Of a stretch of 64,000 bases of DNA, positions 25,341 to 39,675 are shown piece after piece. Position 1 is the stretch's first letter. Each line of letters opens with the position of its first letter. A program made the position numbers and the translations under genes. The DNA is from Cenococcum geophilum (lineage: Eukaryota): contig CP158635.1 in assembly GCA_050273025.1 (NCBI GenBank), forward strand, positions 4,464,001 through 4,528,000. Direction: 5' to 3'. The notes beneath the pieces were generated by a model. That model ran no database searches and was not told the DNA's origin. It worked only from the letters and a program-made list of their open reading frames with translations.

Positions 25341-25349
25341 CTCCGCGGA
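25341..25349. promoter_or_regulatory. NirA/NIT4 binding site CTCCGCGGA
   Basis: Matches CTCCGHGG and the NIT4 palindrome TCCGCGGA. Flanked by several GATA cores (about 25200, 25240, 25261, 25366-25373, 25541, 25579). Confidence 0.7.
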
Positions 25350-25914
25350 TGTCCTTTGCAAAAAGGATAGATAGCGAAATGAAATTCGATGACTGTCAAA
25401 ATCCGCAATCTCGATCCCCTTTAAGAGGAGATACGCTTGTGGATTAAGCAGCCTCTGGAAAGTGTCGCCTGAGCCTTGGTTTCATTTCTGTGTACTCAAT
25501 ATTAAGTCAAAGAAGATTGGAGTTTCTGAAGGCCTTGCCTTATCATACCCGAAATTGGGCTGATTTGTGGATTGACGTTATCAGGGGCTGAATTATGGCG
25601 ACCCGCCACGCAAGCGAGGTTGGGAGATCCCGTCCTGTCTAATCTAAAATGAGCCTAGTTTTTCGCATATTCGTGGCTTGCTACAAGGGTCTGGCCGGTG
25701 CAGGTCGGCCACCCTCCCTACTAGCATCGGTGGCGTATAAAGAACCTTTTGCGCTGCCCAATGCAGGCTTAACTCACTCATGTGACTTAGCGGGGGTGGC
25801 TATGCCGGTAGTTTAGGCACTTTGATTGCAGACAACACGCCAGGCTCGTTAATACTACCTATTAGAACTATCCAACTCACGCAAGAACAAATTTCTATAT
25901 ATAATTCTTATACT

Positions 25915-26519
25915 ATGTCCCCGTACCGTTATTTTTCGCTTTTACCGGGGCCTAATAGTATCCGCTTGCTTCGCCTAATGCTATATAAAAACAAGACTGC
26001 CCCTATACAATGCTAGCTCGTTAACTACTCTCTATAGGAATTAGATAAAGGGACTTATCTATAGAAGGCTTTATCCTACATATAGGGCGATCTAAAAGAA
26101 ACTTTACCTATCTTAATAGACAAGTATAACCTGCCCATTACGGTGAGCCTTTACGCGGCGCTATCCCGTCTTTAAGATTGCTGTTTTAAACAAATTATAT
26201 AGGTAGATGCCGTTTGCATTAACTAAAAAAATCAAAAAGAGAAAGGATACTAGGTTTAGTCTATAGCGAAAATCTATAGCCAAGTAAATTATATAATCGT
26301 TTGGCTTAGAAAGGCGGCAGATAATAGCGATTAAGCGCTTAAAGACATACGTATTGCTGTAGAAGGTGAATTTATAAACTTATTAAATAATAGAAAGAGT
26401 TAGAAAGCAATTCTTAATCTACTTAAATAACTGTGGTTTCGGCGCATCTGGGTAAGAGAGTAGATACTTAATAATATCCGTAGAGGTTATTAAAAGGTCG
26501 ATTTAGGTACTTTAGGAAG
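25915..26519 (+). pseudogene. HET-domain (HET-6-like) gene, 5' part, heavily RIP-mutated
   Basis: IRLLRL, KALSYI*GD (YEALSYxWG), *VDAVCIN* (WxDAxCINQ), IAKIYSQ...VWL, WFRRIW, an intron, then VL*E. Confidence 0.9.
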
Positions 26520-26751
26520 TGTGACGGCTTACACAAATACCTCTAAACCGAAGCTTGTGGATTGCTATTTAGTAAAGATACTAAGCTAAGGAGAAGAAGA
26601 AGAAGGAGAATCGTTTAGGGGTAGTAGGTAGATATGTCGCGAGGGTCGCCAAGGCGCTAGTGGTAAGTAAGCTAATAGCGATTTTCCATGCCGGGTATGG
26701 AAAATCCTAATTGGTTAAATATGGCAGGTGACGCGCACTAGCACCGTTATA
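26520..26751 (-). repeat. 3' LTR of element A
   Basis: Direct repeat of 57089-57320, followed by a C-run (the PPT on the minus strand). Confidence 0.93.
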
Positions 26752-26862
26752 TTACCCCCCCCTCTTAAAAAAGCCTGCCCTTAGGCGTTATCCGAGTTCC
26801 TTATTATCGTCTAAATTATTATAATTATCTAACCCTTCTTTCTAGCATTTAATCCAGCTATC

Positions 26863-29800
26863 TGTCACGGAACCCCACCGCAGGGGCCTCCATAGGAGAG
26901 CCCCGTGCTCTCGCGCACACCTCGCGTACAGCTTATGTCAGCTACGCGTAGGTATATCACCTCCTTACGCCCTCGACCCTTACGATCGATCGCGCAACGT
27001 CTTGTAGACTCCTCGAATACATACGCTCTGTAGCCACTGCCCTCGTTCCATAACATTACGTTGCGCCTTTTTACCACCGACGCTTAGCCTATAACCAATT
27101 CCACGTCTCTGTAATACTGTAGGCGCTGCTAGAAGCAGCGTGTCTATGAATTACCTCACTTTATACTTCTAAGGAACCTATAATAGTAAGACGATATTCC
27201 TTACTAGCTACTATATTAAACCTAAAGAATAATCTAATACCTATACTTAACCTACGACGCCAATTAATCCCAGGAGAATTTAATTTATTAGCCCTAACCC
27301 CTAAGGAGATAGACACCAATAATGTCTTATCTTTTATTAACTATATAACTACGGATAAGCAAATAGAAGGGCTATTACCCATTAAAATCGAAGTATAAGA
27401 CGCCAAGACGTTTATAAAAATGGTAGCACAAAACCCTAATAAATACTACCGCCTTCTATAAAACTACTACCTAAAGCTTATATAAGCTAAGATGCGTACT
27501 ACCTAAGATCGTGATATTATCTAAGACCTATAAGCTTATAAGGCGCTCGCCGATAACATATATTAAGAAACTAAAGATGACCTCCGCGTATCTAAACGCA
27601 ATATTTAATAGTTAAAGAAGAATAAGATTACACTAATTGCTACAGTCACTAAAAAAGAAGGTATAATTAAATACCTATAATCTTAGCTTAATGAGTACAT
27701 TTATAACAATACTAGACACCTCTCTACTATATATAACGCCACCTAAGTCTCTACGCCCCTGGCAACTTTACCTACTTAACGCTTAACGGAGGGTTAGCGC
27801 TAAGCAGCTTTACCTAATAGGAACCCCTACTAAAGCAGCAATAATAAAAGCCATAATAATCGGACCTAAACTGCTACTATAAAATCTAATACACGCTACC
27901 CTAATCCCCTAGTCTTCTAAGGAGACCGTAAGGAATATAGCTACTAGAAGATACAAATCTATAAAAAACTAACTTAGAGCACCTGCCTTTTTCCTATAGA
28001 AGATACTAAGATTAGCTATATTATCGGGCGAACAAAGGGTATACTATTTAATAGACTCTTTGCCTAATAGGAGACTAGTAGCCCCTAAAAGTAGTAGTCT
28101 TACTAAGAAGTTCTTAATAATCTTAACCTAATATACCGCGACTATAACCTACTAGCTACTAACCGAGCTAAACTATATACCCTAAAGATAAGCCCTACTA
28201 AATTATTTAATAAGTTCTATGTTAAATTCCAGGAATATACTAGAGCCCTCACCTAAGACGATACTAAAGATTAAAAGGATCTCCTTAAAAAAGTTACTTA
28301 TCGCCTTAGTTACGCAGCCGCCAGCTATAACTATAACAATATTTATAAGATAGTAGCAGCCCTATAAAAGATTAAATAACGACTAAATTAGATTACTACT
28401 ACTAATCCTTATTTAAAGACCTCTTTATAAAAGCCCTCTAGGCCTACTAAACCTACACATACTAAGCCACCGACGCCTATTACCTTAGGTGCCACTAGAG
28501 CTAATATTAACCTCTCTATACTAACCTTTCCGCAAAAACTCCTAGACGGAGAGCGCAAGCTACTTCGGAAATTAGGATGCTACTATAGATGCTATTAAGA
28601 AAGCTATTATTGCGATAACCTAAACTACTTAATGGCTAGGTTTAGTACTTACCGCCTAATACCTAACCTAATGCCCTAAACACTAAATATATCGCTATAT
28701 ACCACTACCATATAAAACAAAGACGTAGTAATAGTAGTAGAATTAGATACGGAAACGGAAAACACTAAGTCCTAGCCCTAAGTCGTAGGTTAGGACGCCC
28801 TAATAATAGAGGGATTTATATATCGACCTGCTTAATAGATAACTTAGTAAAGATAAATAGACGGAAATAGATAGTTTTACCTATAATAGGAATTACTGCT
28901 ATAAAACAATATAAAAGCCGTTTTATAATTAACTGTGGAGCTACTAACCAATTTATAGATACCTAACTTGTGCGTACTTATAACCTACCTACCTTACCCC
29001 TTACTAAAGCCTGCGCCCTATAACTTACTAATAGTAGTTATACCGCATAGAAGATTACCTACATAGTATAACTTTATTTAGATATAAACGGGCACCAGAA
29101 AGAGCTCTAGGCCTATATTACACCACTTGCTAACTACCCTATTATCCTTAAAATAAGCTAGCTTAAACAATACAACCCCACTATTAACTAGGAAAAGAGA
29201 AAAGCAACCTTTAACTCTAAATACTGTAGAGAGACTTGCCTAGGACATAGCCTAGCCGCCTTTATTTACTTACTAGGATATTAACCTAAGAAACCCCTTA
29301 TTATCCCACCTATAACTAACTACTACTACGTAAGTGCCGCGGCCTTCTACCGCATAGCACGTAGGAAAGGCTGGACCGTTGCTATAGCTTCCTAATTACG
29401 ACTATATAAGCTTAATAAAGAACAGGACTATGTCCTCTATAGTAATAGAATAGACATAGTTAACCTTCTAGAAGACGACGCCCCTGCGGAACTCTATAGA
29501 CTTTTACCTTTAAACTTTAAGAAGTTTATAAAACTTAAAAAAGGACTTACTAATAAAGAACTCCGCAAGCTTCTCCCTAAGAGGTACCACAACTTTATTA
29601 ACATATGCTTACAAAAGGGCGTAGATATACTCCCCCTATATCGACCTAATAACTATACTATTAATATTAAATAAGGAAAAACGCTACCTTATAAGAGACC
29701 CTACCTAATATTAAAAGACGAACTTCTAGTTATAAAAAAGTATATCAACGAGTACCTTAATAAAGGGTTTATTTATCCTAGCATATTACTAGCAGCTACC

Positions 29801-32800
29801 CCCATCCTTCTTACTAAAAAGCTAGGAGGAGGTATCTAATTCTATATTAACTACAGAGGACTTAACGCTATTATAATTAAAAACTAATACCCAGTACCGC
29901 TTATACGGGAGACCCTTAAGCGGCTTAACCAAGCCAAAATTTATACTAAGCTCAATATTATCGCCGCCTTTAACCATCTCCGAATATAGGAAGGTAATAA
30001 ATAGAAAACCGCATTCGCATCGCGCTTTGGCTAATTTAAATATACTATTATACCCTTTAGCGTATATAACGGCCTAGGTACCTTCTAAAGCTATATTAAT
30101 AACGCCTTACGGGACTACCTTAACGACTTCTACTCCGCGTACCTGGACGATATACTTATTTATAGTAATAACCCTTCTAAGCATACTAAACACGTTTAAA
30201 AGGTCCTACAGCGCCTTAGGGACGCAGGACTTTATATTAACTTAAAGAAATGCAAATTTTTAGTTATAGAAGTAAAATACCTTAGACTAATTGTTACCAC
30301 TAAGGGTGTCCGTATAGACCCTAAGAAGGTACGCACAATTACCGAATAGTAAGCCCCTAACTGTATTAAGGACGTATAAGCCTTTCTTAGTTTCACTAAC
30401 TTCTATCAGAAATTTATATATAACTTCTTAAAGTTTATTATATAGGAAGTTGCATAACACAGGAGCTCTTACTGCACCTAGCCCAAAAAGACCAAAACCA
30501 ACCAAAAGAACCCTGAAAAACACCCAGAGAATCCCCCTAAGATGCATGCATTGCAGGGGAGGCACACGTCAAACGACGGTGGCTCGCACTCGCGCGCGAC
30601 CGCTAGAACTACGCCTAGCAATAGCCCTCCATAATAAAGACGGGCGAATACCACACCATAAAGCGGAAATACCTCTATTAAGAAGGCATCTAACAAAATA
30701 TAAAGCCTATTAGACGTGTCTAGTATCTAAAATTATAGGGAAGTAACCGTTAGCTATAACAAACTAATATAGCTAGCAGAATAGCTCCGCCAGTCTAGTA
30801 AACCTTAGGCGCCCCTCTAGCAAACCCTTAATTAAATCCTCCAACGGCTAAGTAAAATTAAAAATAAGTATAACCCCCCTTTACCGGCGAACCGCACCTA
30901 GGCCGCTATAGCTGCGCTTTTATAGTATAGGGAACCCACCCCCCTTAAGTTAATAACCGGGTATATAATTATAATATAACTAAATATAGAATAAGCAGAG
31001 GGGCTTAGGGAATAATTAGAAATAGAAGTCCTTATAGAGATATGTAAAGAGGTCTATAATGCTATTATAGTCTAACACCTTAAGAGTGGAGATATTAGAG
31101 TTACCCTAAAGGACTAACAGGTAAAGGAACAAGCTGTAAGGGTAGGGGATAGGCTAGGAGAACGTATTAGCATAAAAGTACTCTGTAAGGATTACCTAGT
31201 TAAAGTCTTAGCGGTTCCTATAAGCCTTAGGGTAGAAAAGGGACGCTAGGCGGATAATATAGCAATTATATAGGAGATAGTAAGATAAACGGAACGCCTT
31301 ATACTAGGACTTAAAATCACCTAAATCTAATAGCTTTAACAGGAAAATGTAAACTAAGTATATAATAAGAATAATAAGAGGATATAAAGGTCGCTAAAGA
31401 CTTGCTAGGGAGATGCCGGACAAATATATAGCTCTCTTATTATTAGTATACATATACTAGGAATGTAAAAACTCTTTATCTAAAAAGGAATAATTATAAA
31501 TGGCCTTATATACAACATAAGGCTCTATAACTATAGACTACGCCTAAAACGATGCTATTGCTATATATAATAGGGACATACCTAATCTATATACACAGTA
31601 CAGGTGTGCTACGGCTACTGTACAGGCCCCTATAATACAAGATATTGCTTAAATTAAGACTAAATAAAATGCGTAAACTGCTACCGAAGCATATATAAGG
31701 TGTAGGAAAGAGAAAACTGCATTAAATATAGGAGATGGAAGGTAAGGGCTTAACAGCTGCGGGAATAACTACACGCTAGGTTATATAAATGGAAATAATA
31801 GGCAATAAGCTAGGGGGACATAGGCGCCTTCCTAGCGTTTCCTACCTTTAATACTAAAGGGCTAGGCCAGCTATCCCAAGCCTTAACGGGCTAGAAGCAA
31901 CACCGCGCGATATTACTAGACCGATTAGGGATATAAGGGCTATAGGGGACATAAGGGAGAGGACGCCCCGTAGGAAGACCCCTATAGATAGTAATAGCAG
32001 GCTTAAGACTAGGATAATTAAGAATTAGACTTAATGCGGTAAATATAACATTCGCAGCCGACCTATAAAGGGTATATAGCTAACCAGTAAGAATAGGAGA
32101 AGAACCAGTAATAATAATAGATTTAGATATAGAAGCGCTAACAGGAATATAAGATACGGGAATGGAAAGCTTTATATAAAATAAGTAGTAACTAGGGTAT
32201 AGATATAAGAGACAGAAGCTCTAAATATCCTAAAGAAAGTAGAAATAGAAGAAGCGAGGAACAAAGGAAAGTCAAAGGACCCTTACCAGGGGTCCGCCAC
32301 CTATCCATTATATAGTATAACTGCGGCAATATAAACCACTGCCTTGTAAGGCCCCTATTAGACAGTCTAGACCTAGAGAAATACTATATCCTTGCTATAC
32401 AAGAACTGTATTATAATACCTTTATATAATCAATATACTGCCCCCGAGGATTCCAGCTCCTATATAAACCAAAAGCAGCCATATGCGTGTGCTTTATAAT
32501 TAGTAAGGCTATTAGCCTGTCCTTATAGTTATAGTAGGCAGTTAACCTAGATATTATAGTTATAACAATCTAAATATATAGGGGACCGGTATAAATTATT
32601 AATGTATATAACCCTAGGGTCGAAGGGGTCCTATAAATAGAGAATATTATATCGGTAATAAGCTTACTAGAAACTAAAGGTATAGAGTCTATCCTACTAG
32701 AAGACATAAACCTCCACCACCCGCGGTAGGGGGGTATCCATATTGCTGCAGATTAACAGTTAGAGTGCCTACTAAGAGCTATAGATATCTAGGGCCTTAA

Positions 32801-35800
32801 GCTAGCTACCCCCCTAGGAGCAATTATATGGCAACGAGGCACTACTAGAAGTATAATTAACCTCATATTTATAGACGAAGGCCTATACTAGAGACTCGAA
32901 AGGTATAACCCCGAAGAAAAATGGGCACTTACCCTAGACTATATCCCTATCTAGATACAGCTAGACCTAGATATTAAAGCGTAACTAAATAGAAAAAGAT
33001 ACGCAATAAGGAAGCTTAAGACAAACAGTTTCCTTAATATAGTTAAATAACAACTCTAAGACCTAGAAGAAATCCACCCAATACCAAATAAGTGAGGCTT
33101 ATTGGCTACCCCCGAGGAAATTAACCGAAGACTAGAAAGGATCTAGGCAGCAATTAAAAATAGGCTGGAAGAGCACTACCTGATCTTAAAACTAGGCCCC
33201 TATACGCGACACGCATAGTTTATATAATGCGCAGTTCTGGTTACCAGTTAATAATAAGTAAGAAGGAAATATATAAGCAGCCATAACCCTAAAGATAAGA
33301 GACGATATAAAGATATAAGAAACTAGCTAAAGAATACCCTAAAAAAAGAAGTAAGAAATAACTGGAGACGGTTTATAAATAAGTATACTTTTAACCTAAG
33401 CCTCCCCTATAATAAGGGCCTTTAGGCTATAGCGAAATAGGTAAAAAAAAAGGTAGGGCGCCTAGCAGAAGACCTATACCTACTACCCCTATAAAGAGTA
33501 GGAGAATTACAGGCTATAAACGACAATAATAAGAAGGCAAAGATCCTTATAGAAAGGTTTTTCCCCTAACCAGCTCTAGCAGACCTTAGTAATATTACGG
33601 GCGAAATACTAGTGACTTGCCTACGGGTCGACAGCGACATAATAATAAAGGAAATGGCTAGAACTATTAGCCGCCTTTTAAATAATATAGTACTAGGACC
33701 AAATAGGATTCTAAATAAGGCCCTAAAAACCTGTGGGCCACTTATAGTACCTTGGCTTATAGATATAGCTAAAGCATACTTTGCTATAGGCTACTACCCA
33801 TAACTTAGAAGATTTATAACGACGGTTGTTTTATAAAAAGAAGGTAAAGCAGATTACTTAATCCTAGGAAGCTACCGCCCTATTGCCTTAGAAAACACCC
33901 TTAGCAAGATCTTAGAAAGGGTAATAGCGGAATGCATAGTAGATATAGTAGAGGAACACGCCCTACTACTATAAAGCTAAATGGGGGCAAGAAAGAACCG
34001 CTTAACACTATTAGCACTTACGTTACTCGCTACCACCATTAAATCTACATAGGCGATGCGAAAGGACTTTGTAGTATTAATGCTTAGCCTAAACATTAGT
34101 GGTGCCTACGATAATATACCCTACGAGCGTCTCCTATATATCCTTAAGGTAAAGGGCTTTCTAGAATAGATTATATAATTTGTCTAAGGGTTTATAGGCC
34201 AGAAAGAAACATTACTAGTCTTTAGCGGATACTAAAGCCCCCCTATCGCAGTTGCAACAGGAATACTATAAGGATTACCCCTCTCGCCTATACTCTTCCT
34301 TTTCTTTATAAGCAACCTGCTTAACTCCTTTAAGGAAGGGGCAACCTAGGGGATAGGCTTTATTAATAACACAAACCTAATTATATACGGGCCAATAGCC
34401 GTAGAGAATTGCAGAATACTAGAGAAAGCCTATAATACTTATATAGAATAGGTAAAACGTTATAGAGTTTAATTCTTACCAGAGAAATACCAGCTAATCC
34501 ATTTTATAAGAAAACGTAACTAATCTATAGATCTTTAGCATATAATTTACATCTAAGGCTTTAGGGGTTAACTAGTTTAGGGCCTAAGGGTATTAGGAGT
34601 ATAGGTAGATAGTAAGCTCCGGTAGAGCGTATATGCGGCGCAAGTGGCCCGTAAAGGCCAAGCATAGTTTATTACTTTATCCAGGATTGTTAATTCTATA
34701 TAGGGTCTATGCTTCTAGAGGTCACGCCTACTATATATAGCAGTTGTCCGGCCAACCATAACATATAGATCCAGTATTTGGGCCATTAGAGAAACTAAAA
34801 AGGGCCCCCCTAAATTACTCCTTAAACTACTTTAAAAGGTCTAAATAGCCTGCCTTTAAAGTATTATAGGTGGGTATAAGCGAACGGCCACAGCACTGCT
34901 TAAGAAGGAATCTAATATTCCCCCCCTATAGTTATATATTAAAGCCGCTGTAATATAAAGGATGCAAAATAAACATAACTCTAATATTATAAAGTATATT
35001 AAAACACGCCTAAGTAAACTATGGAGGGACCCTAGGGTGCCCTATAGGAGAATAAACTAACAACCCTAAAGTAGGGAAGAGATATTAGAGAAATAGGTAA
35101 AGAAAGTAGAAGAAAAATGGTGCCGCTTTAGGGCCTAGGCCTATATAGAGGAGAAAGGGAGACGTATAAGAGGTTAGTAAAGATAATAGTAAGATAGAAA
35201 AAGGAGCTAAAGTAGAATATATAAGAATGCCGGGAAACTATCTACCGTAATATAATACTGGTTGGACTAACGCTGGAGAGGTAAATAGGAGTTAAAGGTA
35301 TAGAGGCTGACTTAGGCAAGATGAACCTAAGCTATAGCATGGTTAACGCCATAGGGGGTAAATACTTAAGGGCTCTAAGAAGGCCTAATAAAGGCAGAAA
35401 ATATAATAGCAATACTCTTAAGAATAGGAATAATAGGACTAAAAGATTGGCTTTACTGGGTGGGTGTCCTAGTAGGTAACCTAAGATATAAATGTGGCTA
35501 GCTAAGACAGACACCAAAACACGTAATACTGCTATGCCCCCTACGCACCAATTAAGAAATAATGCTCTTAGTAGCTAGTATAGAGAACTATAATATACTA
35601 CTCTTAACATAAAAAGGCCTTAAGGCGGTTACCCAGTGGCTTATTAGTTAAAATGTGCTAAATTAGTTTTAGGTTATAAGGGAAATAGTAATAGAAGGCA
35701 AGGGGGCGAGTAGTAGGTGCCCCCTAGTAACTCTATAGTAGTAGAGTAATAGTTTATAATACTAGCGCGTCCGTAGGCTTGTTACGGTAGTAGTGGTTCC

Positions 35801-38787
35801 TAAGAAGGTCAAATAGTAAGGTAGTAGAGCACTATAGGCGACTTATAGGCGCTAAGTAGGCGAGTCCTAAAAGGCGGGGAGATGGATTACGGGGTTTTCT
35901 CATTTTTCTTAAATAGAGTTTTCTCCCTATATGTAAATAAGGAGTAGTCTATATAGGCCTAATAGGGATCCGAATCGGACGTTAAGCAATGAATTATTAT
36001 TATATAACTTCTTAGGCGTAGTAGCACTACTTATAGCAATAATACGAACGAAGGGCCTTTTTATAAAAGGAAGAAAAACGTACCTACGCTTTACCTAGAC
36101 GCCTAAATACGAGAAGGCGTTCTAAGACCTTAAAAATGCCTTTACTAAAGCACCTATCCTAGCCCACTTTACACTAGGACGATAACTCTATCTTAAAACC
36201 GACTTCTTAGACTACGTTAATGTAGGCGTCCTCTTCTAGATAGGCAACGACGGTTTCCTTTACCTAGTCGCATTCTACTCGTCTAAGCTTACACTATAAG
36301 AGTATAACTATAAGATCTATAACAAAGAACTCTTTACAATTGTACGAGCGTTCGAAGAATTTTAACTAGAACTCTCCTTAGCAGAGCCCGACTAGCCAAC
36401 TAAAGTCCTTACAGACTATTGTAACCTTAAGTACTTTATAACTATAAAGTAGCTAAACTAACGCTAAGCATGTTAGAACGAGTTCCTCTCTAGTTTTAAC
36501 TTTAAAATTATATATAGACTAGGAGTATAAGGTACTAAACCTAATAGCCTAATACGCCACTCGCAAGACCTTCCTTAGTCTAAAGATAACCCCTATAATT
36601 AGTTTCAACAACAGATAATCCTAAAAGCACGAAATTTAGCCCTAGGTATACTACCTATAATAGAGCCAACTGTACCTTAGCTTTATACTATAGAACTAGA
36701 GTTACCTCCCGAAATTAATAAGCTTATTACCACAGCATATAACACCTCTGTTAACCTATTACTATATTAACTTATTACCGCAAAGACCGTTAGCGCCCAT
36801 ACGCTACCTACTAACCTCTAAAGCTTAGGCCAGATTAATATAGCAGCCTTAGAAGTAAAAGAGAACAGGCTCTATTATAGAGGTTGCCTATTTATCCCTA
36901 ACTTAGAAAATTTACAACAGCAACTAATCTAAATGGCCTATAACCTCCGATTAAGCGGCCACCTAGGTAAAGGAGGAACCTATAAGCTTCTTAGCCGATA
37001 CTACTTCTAGCCAAAAATAATAGACTTAGTTAAACGCTTTATAGGCGCCTGTTACGGCTATAAGCGCGCTAAGGCCTTTAATATAAAGTACTAAGGACTA
37101 CTGTACCCTCTATTAGTACTTATATAATAATAGGCAGATATCGCTATAGATTTCGTTGTTAACCTACCACCTTATAAACGACACGGCCGTACCTATAAGA
37201 ACATCCTTATAATAATATACCGACTTATAAAAGAGCGCCACTACGTTCCAACCAAAGGCGTAGCTATTAGCGACGTTACTAACGCCTTCCTTCGCGAAGT
37301 CTACCGACTATATAGGCTACCTAACTCAATTACGTCCAACCGAGGTATATAATTTAACTCTAATATATAGAGACGAATCTACTAACGCCTTAGCATCTCC
37401 GTTAAGATATCTATATTCTTCTACTATAAAACTACTAGGCAATTAAAAAACGCTAATGCCAGCATAAAAGCGTACCTACGATAAGTAGTCGCCTATAGTT
37501 AAAATAACTGGGTAAATTACCTCCTACTAGGTAAATTCGCAGCGAATAACTACGTCTTAACCACTATAGGACTTACCCCGTTCTTCGCGAATAAGGGCTA
37601 TTACCCCTAATCCGGTATAGAGCCACCAGAACCTATTAATAAGAAACTACCATATAGAAAACGCCTTAAGATGCTACTTACTAACCAGTATACAGACCGT
37701 ATAAAAAATCTACTTAACTACTGCAAGGGAGAAATAGCCTAGGCTTAAGTAAAGTAGGCCTACTTCGCCGACCGCTATAGAACGCCACCACCGGAGATAC
37801 GTGTTAGCGACTGGGTATAGCTAGATATACGCAATATCTCTATATAGAGGCCTATAAAGTCACTCGATTATAAAAACCTTAGCCCCTATCTAATTAAACA
37901 AGTCATTAATAGGGGAGCTGTATATAAGCTAGAACTCCCACCTACCCTAGCTACCCGCGGGATATAGCCTATATTTTACCTATAGCTACTATACCTCTAT
38001 TAGCCTAACCCCTTACCGGGGCAGATATAGCCTAAACCCCTACTAGTACTAATCTGAGATAAGAACGAAGACGAGAACCACGAGGAGTGGACCGTTAAAT
38101 AAATTATTAACTCTAAATACTTTGGCAAAGGCAGAGGACGACGGCTCTACTATAGAGCTATATACACAGGATTCGATATAGATTAGCCAGAATGGTAACT
38201 ATAGGAAGACTTCAAAAATGCAAAGGATCTAATTAGCGACTTTTACTACGCGAACCCACAGAAACCGGGCCTAAGTAGAGATTTTATACTTAATCCTCTA
38301 TAGGAGCCCTTATAGAATTAAACCGTTATACATTACCACGTAAGGGCAAATTGCCGTTAAATTGCGGTAAAGTACGATTACGTAATCGGAATATCGTTGA
38401 GATGTCCAGGAACTTTAACTAGCGGTTAAAGTTATCTAATTGGTCGGATTCTTATATGCCAAGCCTTATTATATAACGTTGTTTCAAACCTTTAGCAATA
38501 CCCCTCTTTCTTTTCTATACCTTAAGTGTCCCTTCTATAATGTATATAGTAACCACAGCGTCGCCGGAGCTCCGCCTCTATAGGAGGGGGGTAGTATTAC
38601 GGAACCCTACCGCAGGGGCCTCCATAGGAGAGCCCCGTGCTCTCGCGCACACCTCGCGTACAGCTTATGTCAGCTACGCGTAGGTATATCACCTCCTTAC
38701 GCCCTCGACCCTTACGATCGATCGCGCAACGTCTTATAGACTCCTTAAATACATACGCTCTATAGCCACTGCCCTCGTTCCGTAACA
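26863..38787 (+). mobile_element. Ty3 chromovirus B (about 6.3 kb of its own sequence) interrupted by a LINE
   Basis: 193-bp LTRs at 26863-27055 and 38595-38787. Perfect [18 protein letters not shown] at about 30140, RNase H, integrase, a chromodomain at about 38080-38270, and PPT AGGAGGGGGG. Confidence 0.93.
30431..36000 (+). mobile_element. Apparently full-length Tad-like LINE (non-LTR retrotransposon), RIP-inactivated
   Basis: TSD up to 14 bp, TATATAACTTCTTA (30417-30430, 36001-36014), and a (TTA)n-type tail. ORF1 has three zinc-knuckle relics at about 31550-31700. ORF2 has an APE domain (YNCG, ILAIQE, NLHHPR), RT (YRPIALENTLSKILE, GLPLSPILF) and a C-terminal CCHC. Confidence 0.92.
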
Positions 38788-39675
38788 CTATCTAACTTAC
38801 TTAGTAGTCTGGGGAGGTCTAGGTAGGCTAGGTAGAAGACTTATAGTTTATAGGGGGAGTACTTAAAATTAGATATAGGATACTATTCTAGGTCCTTATT
38901 GTGGCCAACCTAGCTTATATAGTATTTTAAGACACTACGGACCTTCTTAACTACTAGGATCTCTTTAACTTCCTATTCCTTATCCTCTACAATCTAAATT
39001 AGTGGTGGAGGGTCGTTATACTATTTAGGCAGTAGGTTATTCGCAGCCTTTTATAATCGGTCTAGGGAGAAAATAAGGTAGATCTTTATTAAATCTGGTA
39101 GTTTAACCCTAAAAGAGTGTTCTACCTTCTCTAAAATCTTATATAGACTAGCCATTTAGTGGTCTAACTTGCGGCTTAGCCTCTAGGTTTTCTAGTTCTT
39201 TATTAACACCTATACCTTATCTCCTACTTAGAAGTCTACTTCGCGACAATGCTGATTTACGTTGGCCTCTTTCTTCTCTTACGCCTTTTTTATAATTATT
39301 TAAGCAGTCTCCTAGGCCCTGTACATTCTCTTAGCAAATACCTAGGCCTCTTTATAGCTAAGGCGTTCGCGAGCTATAGTGGGTTTAGTAAGCCTATCCT
39401 AATTAAAGGACGTTTATAGTGTGTACCCGTTAAGTAGTTTAAATAGCGACATCCCTATACTATTATAGGGGAGCGTAAGCTACGCGTAGTCCATTATAGG
39501 CAGTAATTCTAACTAGTTGTCCTAATAGTAGTTTATAAAGGGACGTAGTTGCTAGTTAAGGTACTAGTTTATAATCTTAGTTTAGCTATTAGTCTAAGGG
39601 TAGAATACGGTAGAGAGCTTAATCTTAATCCTAAGGATACGGTAGAATTTATTCTAGAAGTCTAATATAAACTAG

